A stretch of DNA of 63,484 nucleotides, filler included, from Lenisia limosa (lineage: Eukaryota; Protista; Breviatea), in NCBI GenBank assembly GCA_001655205.1. It is 10 parts of 10 records of this genome, joined end to end, with 100 filler letters (N's around TTAATTAATTAA, not from the genome) between each part and the next. Parts side by side here need not be neighbours in the genome. Positions count along the whole stretch, not along the records: positions 59,660 to 61,378 come from LPNZ01010198.1; positions 61,479 to 63,484 come from LPNZ01007318.1; 8 more parts are not named here. One strand, written 5' to 3'. Below are positions 60,686-63,484 of this stretch, piece by piece (the first letter of the stretch is position 1; each line of letters starts with the position of its first letter). The notes under the pieces were generated by a model. That model was not told the origin of the DNA, made no database searches, and saw only the letters and a list, made by a program, of their open reading frames with translations. The position numbers were made by a program, and so were the translations under genes.

Positions 60686-61178
60686 TAGACCAGGACAATA
60701 TTGGTGACCTTCACACCACCCTCAATGACATCCAAAACCCGGATATCCTAGGTAGGCTGATCTTCCCCCCATATGCTACACCCCGAGCTGACACTTTAGA
60801 CACTGCCCGGGACCTTCCAGCTGCCGACCTCCTGATCCGGGCAGGCCACGCCGACGCTCACCAGGTGGGATGCTCATATTGACGGAGACTGTTGAGCCTC
60901 TTGGCTCACATCTACTATAGTAGAATAAAACACGCACTTGGAAGTTCACGTAATGTAGTCGCTATCTCTTCTCTTGGGCCCTGAGCAAAACTGGTCAGTC
61001 AACCTTACTAATGAACTCGGAATGACCGTTCTTCATGGATGTGCCCAGGTTTGTATTGACTTGGGGATCGGGTGTTGGTCACCTTTTCAACTTTGCGCTT
61101 AAATAGCAGAGATTGCGAGTAACTGTTTAGGGATGTAGCGTCAAGGCCACAGAATTGGTGCTCACAGCCAAGCCAGAA
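60686..61178 (+). CDS. Ankyrin-repeat-like protein fragment
   Basis: Exons LDTARDLPAADLLIRAGHADAHQ and VNLTNELGMTVLHGCAQ|GCSVKATELVL. Confidence 0.5.
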
Positions 61179-62047
61179 GTACGCAGACTTGTTTACTGTC
61201 CATCATCATATTAGCGAACTACTTGGTGGTTCACAATGCAACATACGTAAATAAATAGCAATGGAAAATAAATATTAAGGTTGTATCTCAATGCAATCTA
61301 AATATTTTATATTATCACATCTGCTGGAGTGATGGGATACGGTGCTGCGGAAGCGACTGGCTTGGGCTTTGTTTGTTTNNNNNNNNNNNNNNNNNNNNNN
61401 NNNNNNNNNNNNNNNNNNNNNNTTAATTAATTAANNNNNNNNNNNNNNNNNNNNNNNNNNNNNNNNNNNNNNNNNNNNGTAAGTAATCCAATGTGTGTGG
61501 CACGTGCTATTAGTATAAGCGGGTCGATTTTGACTTTAGTTCTTACATTCTCATTCTGTTCAGCGGGTATGGTACTGATGAAGCGACTGGCCTGGACTAC
61601 TGGCTGTTAAGAGTGGGGGGAGGGGGCTGTTGGATTGATGGGAGTATTGGTTACTTGGGGGTCATGTTTTGGATATGCATGTCATATTATAATATCTTTT
61701 CTTATTTTCCAATTTATTTTATGAAGAATACGTGGGGCAACGTTTTCTCCACCCCGGTTATCATGATCAGAAGAGGTGTCAACATGGTATGTCAAGTTTA
61801 TTATTAGAGGGATCTATCTCTATTAACAATATGCATAATATGTCAAATCTCTCGATAACCAATATGATATGTCAAGTCTATCTGAGGGTGGTGCTTCTTA
61901 TCTGGGGGCGGTGCTTCTAATTTTTTTCAGTATTTTTCTCCATCTTTCACTCAAAAAAATGTCAAGTCTAAATCTCACAAGGTTGCTTGATGAATACCAT
62001 CATGGTTTTTGAAAACCACTGCATCATATTTTACTAGCTGGTATATA

Positions 62048-62125
62048 CAGCGACCGGGATAAATCTTGACCTATTTTCCTTGGGAAATCACATAGTAAAT
62101 CGTTGAAGACTTATCCCGGTCACCG
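62048..62125. mobile_element. MITE family B copy with TA on both sides; other copies at about 15485-15531, 35889-35952 and 49742-49808
   Basis: ta-cagcgaccgggataaatcttgacc...gacttatcccggtcaccg-ta, 78 bp. Confidence 0.88.
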
Positions 62126-63229
62126 TATGTATAATGGTTATTTGATTACCTGATCTCACTATTCCGCACAATTAGGCAGAAAGAGGGAACTCCTGACGTT
62201 TTAGGTGAACATTGAAGGGATGGTCGCGGCAACCACTTACAAGGCCTAACTGTCTTACTTGTAGCAATATATAAACTTTGTCGAGATTCAGCTTGACCAG
62301 ATTTGATCAAGGAGCATTGACCCAAGGAGGATTGTCCTGCGATTCCTTATAATAAGGATGTATCTGGCCAAAGCCGTCCACACCANNNNNNNNNNNNNNN
62401 NNNNNNNNNNNNNNNNNNNNNNNNNNNNNNNNNNNNTCGATGCGCCGTATTCGATAATAAAACGACAGCCACAAGAGCGAAATCACTGTGATCATGGTTT
62501 TCCCATTTCAAATTAACATGTTTTTGGGAAGTTATTCGACCTATTGTGATAGACACAAACCAAAGGAAATGGATGAAAAAATTCAATATAAATAAGGAAA
62601 CATCAGAAAGAGCATGGGGAAAGAAACGGGAAACAAAGCAGTAGTAACGATAACTAAGACGTAGCCACTCGAGCAAGAAAAGCATGACTTGTAGCAGCAA
62701 GGAGGGGGGATGAGGGATACAGAGACAGCAGTTGGTGCACCATTGGGATGAAATCTTTGAGGAACGCCATATCAATTCCTGGGGATAGAGGTAAATTGAT
62801 AACAAGATGTTAATTTATGCAAAATACACATTCATCAAATCTTGGGATGAGCACTTATCTAACCTAACCCACTAGCAGTAGCGGCATGAGCAAGGAATCT
62901 ACATGCCTCGAGGGCTACGGATTCGTCGTTAATGTTATTGAGAAGCATGGACTCAGCCTGGGGGTATTAGTGAGGAGGACAGGACTCAGTCTGGGAACTA
63001 TTGCCTATACCTTGGTACTCAACAGAAATCGCAAAACAAAGCCGTCCCTACGTGTTTGAAGATGCCCAAACTCTGAAGCGCATTGCCAAGTTGCTCTATA
63101 TCGTAAAAATGCGGAAATACATCAATACCAAATCTATTACGAAAACCAATGCTATAACCAAATAGGATCTTCACAGAGAATTTAACTTTCCTCCGGGGGG
63201 ACTACCTCCCCTACACATACAAACACTTC

Positions 63230-63308
63230 AAACAAGTCCCACCACCTCATTAGCAAACAAGTCCCGCCACCTCATTAGTAAACAAGTCCCACCACCTCAT
63301 TAGTAAAC
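63230..63308. repeat. 25-bp tandem repeat (aaacaagtcccaccacctcattagt) x3
   Basis: Read directly. Confidence 0.9.
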
Positions 63309-63484
63309 AAACTGCTTCCCCACAGACACATAAATAGATCAAAAAATGCCCCCATGATTACGTAATCACTTTGGGTGAGAGAAAGCCACCCTACGGTTAG
63401 TACATAGGATGGAAAGCAGCGGAAAGAACTTCTGCGCTACCAAGGAGTCGGTAGTGAACTTGGCAGTAGCCATGAAAATGACCG

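Overview
Draft-assembly window from an intron-rich microbial eukaryote using the standard genetic code (an amoebozoan-like protist is plausible, but that is inference only). It is a concatenation of 10 sequence pieces joined by artificial N-TTAATTAATTAA-N spacers, so synteny across the spacers means nothing. Reading exons by hand gives the SMC4 C-terminus, a PAK/STE20 kinase, the cathepsin C N-terminus, a trifunctional beta-oxidation enzyme alpha chain (HADHA/FadJ-like), an ABCG transporter, a TBC1D15/Gyp7-like RabGAP, a gamma-tubulin complex component fragment and several hypothetical genes. The standout is a circularly permuted Ras GTPase (motif order G4-G5-G1-G2, with G3 cut off by the contig edge) fused to a charged linker, a Cys-rich segment and a VWA domain. 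This matches the described but rare cpRAS-VWA architecture, with an intron and a duplicated splice acceptor exactly at the permutation junction. Other highlights are a decayed, intron-containing two-gene Mutator-like/Kolobok-like DNA transposon, 23-35 nt SMC4 introns including an apparent GT-TG intron, a nested inverted gene-fragment duplication, and at least four families of short interspersed repeats. All coordinates and translations were read manually and no database searches were run.
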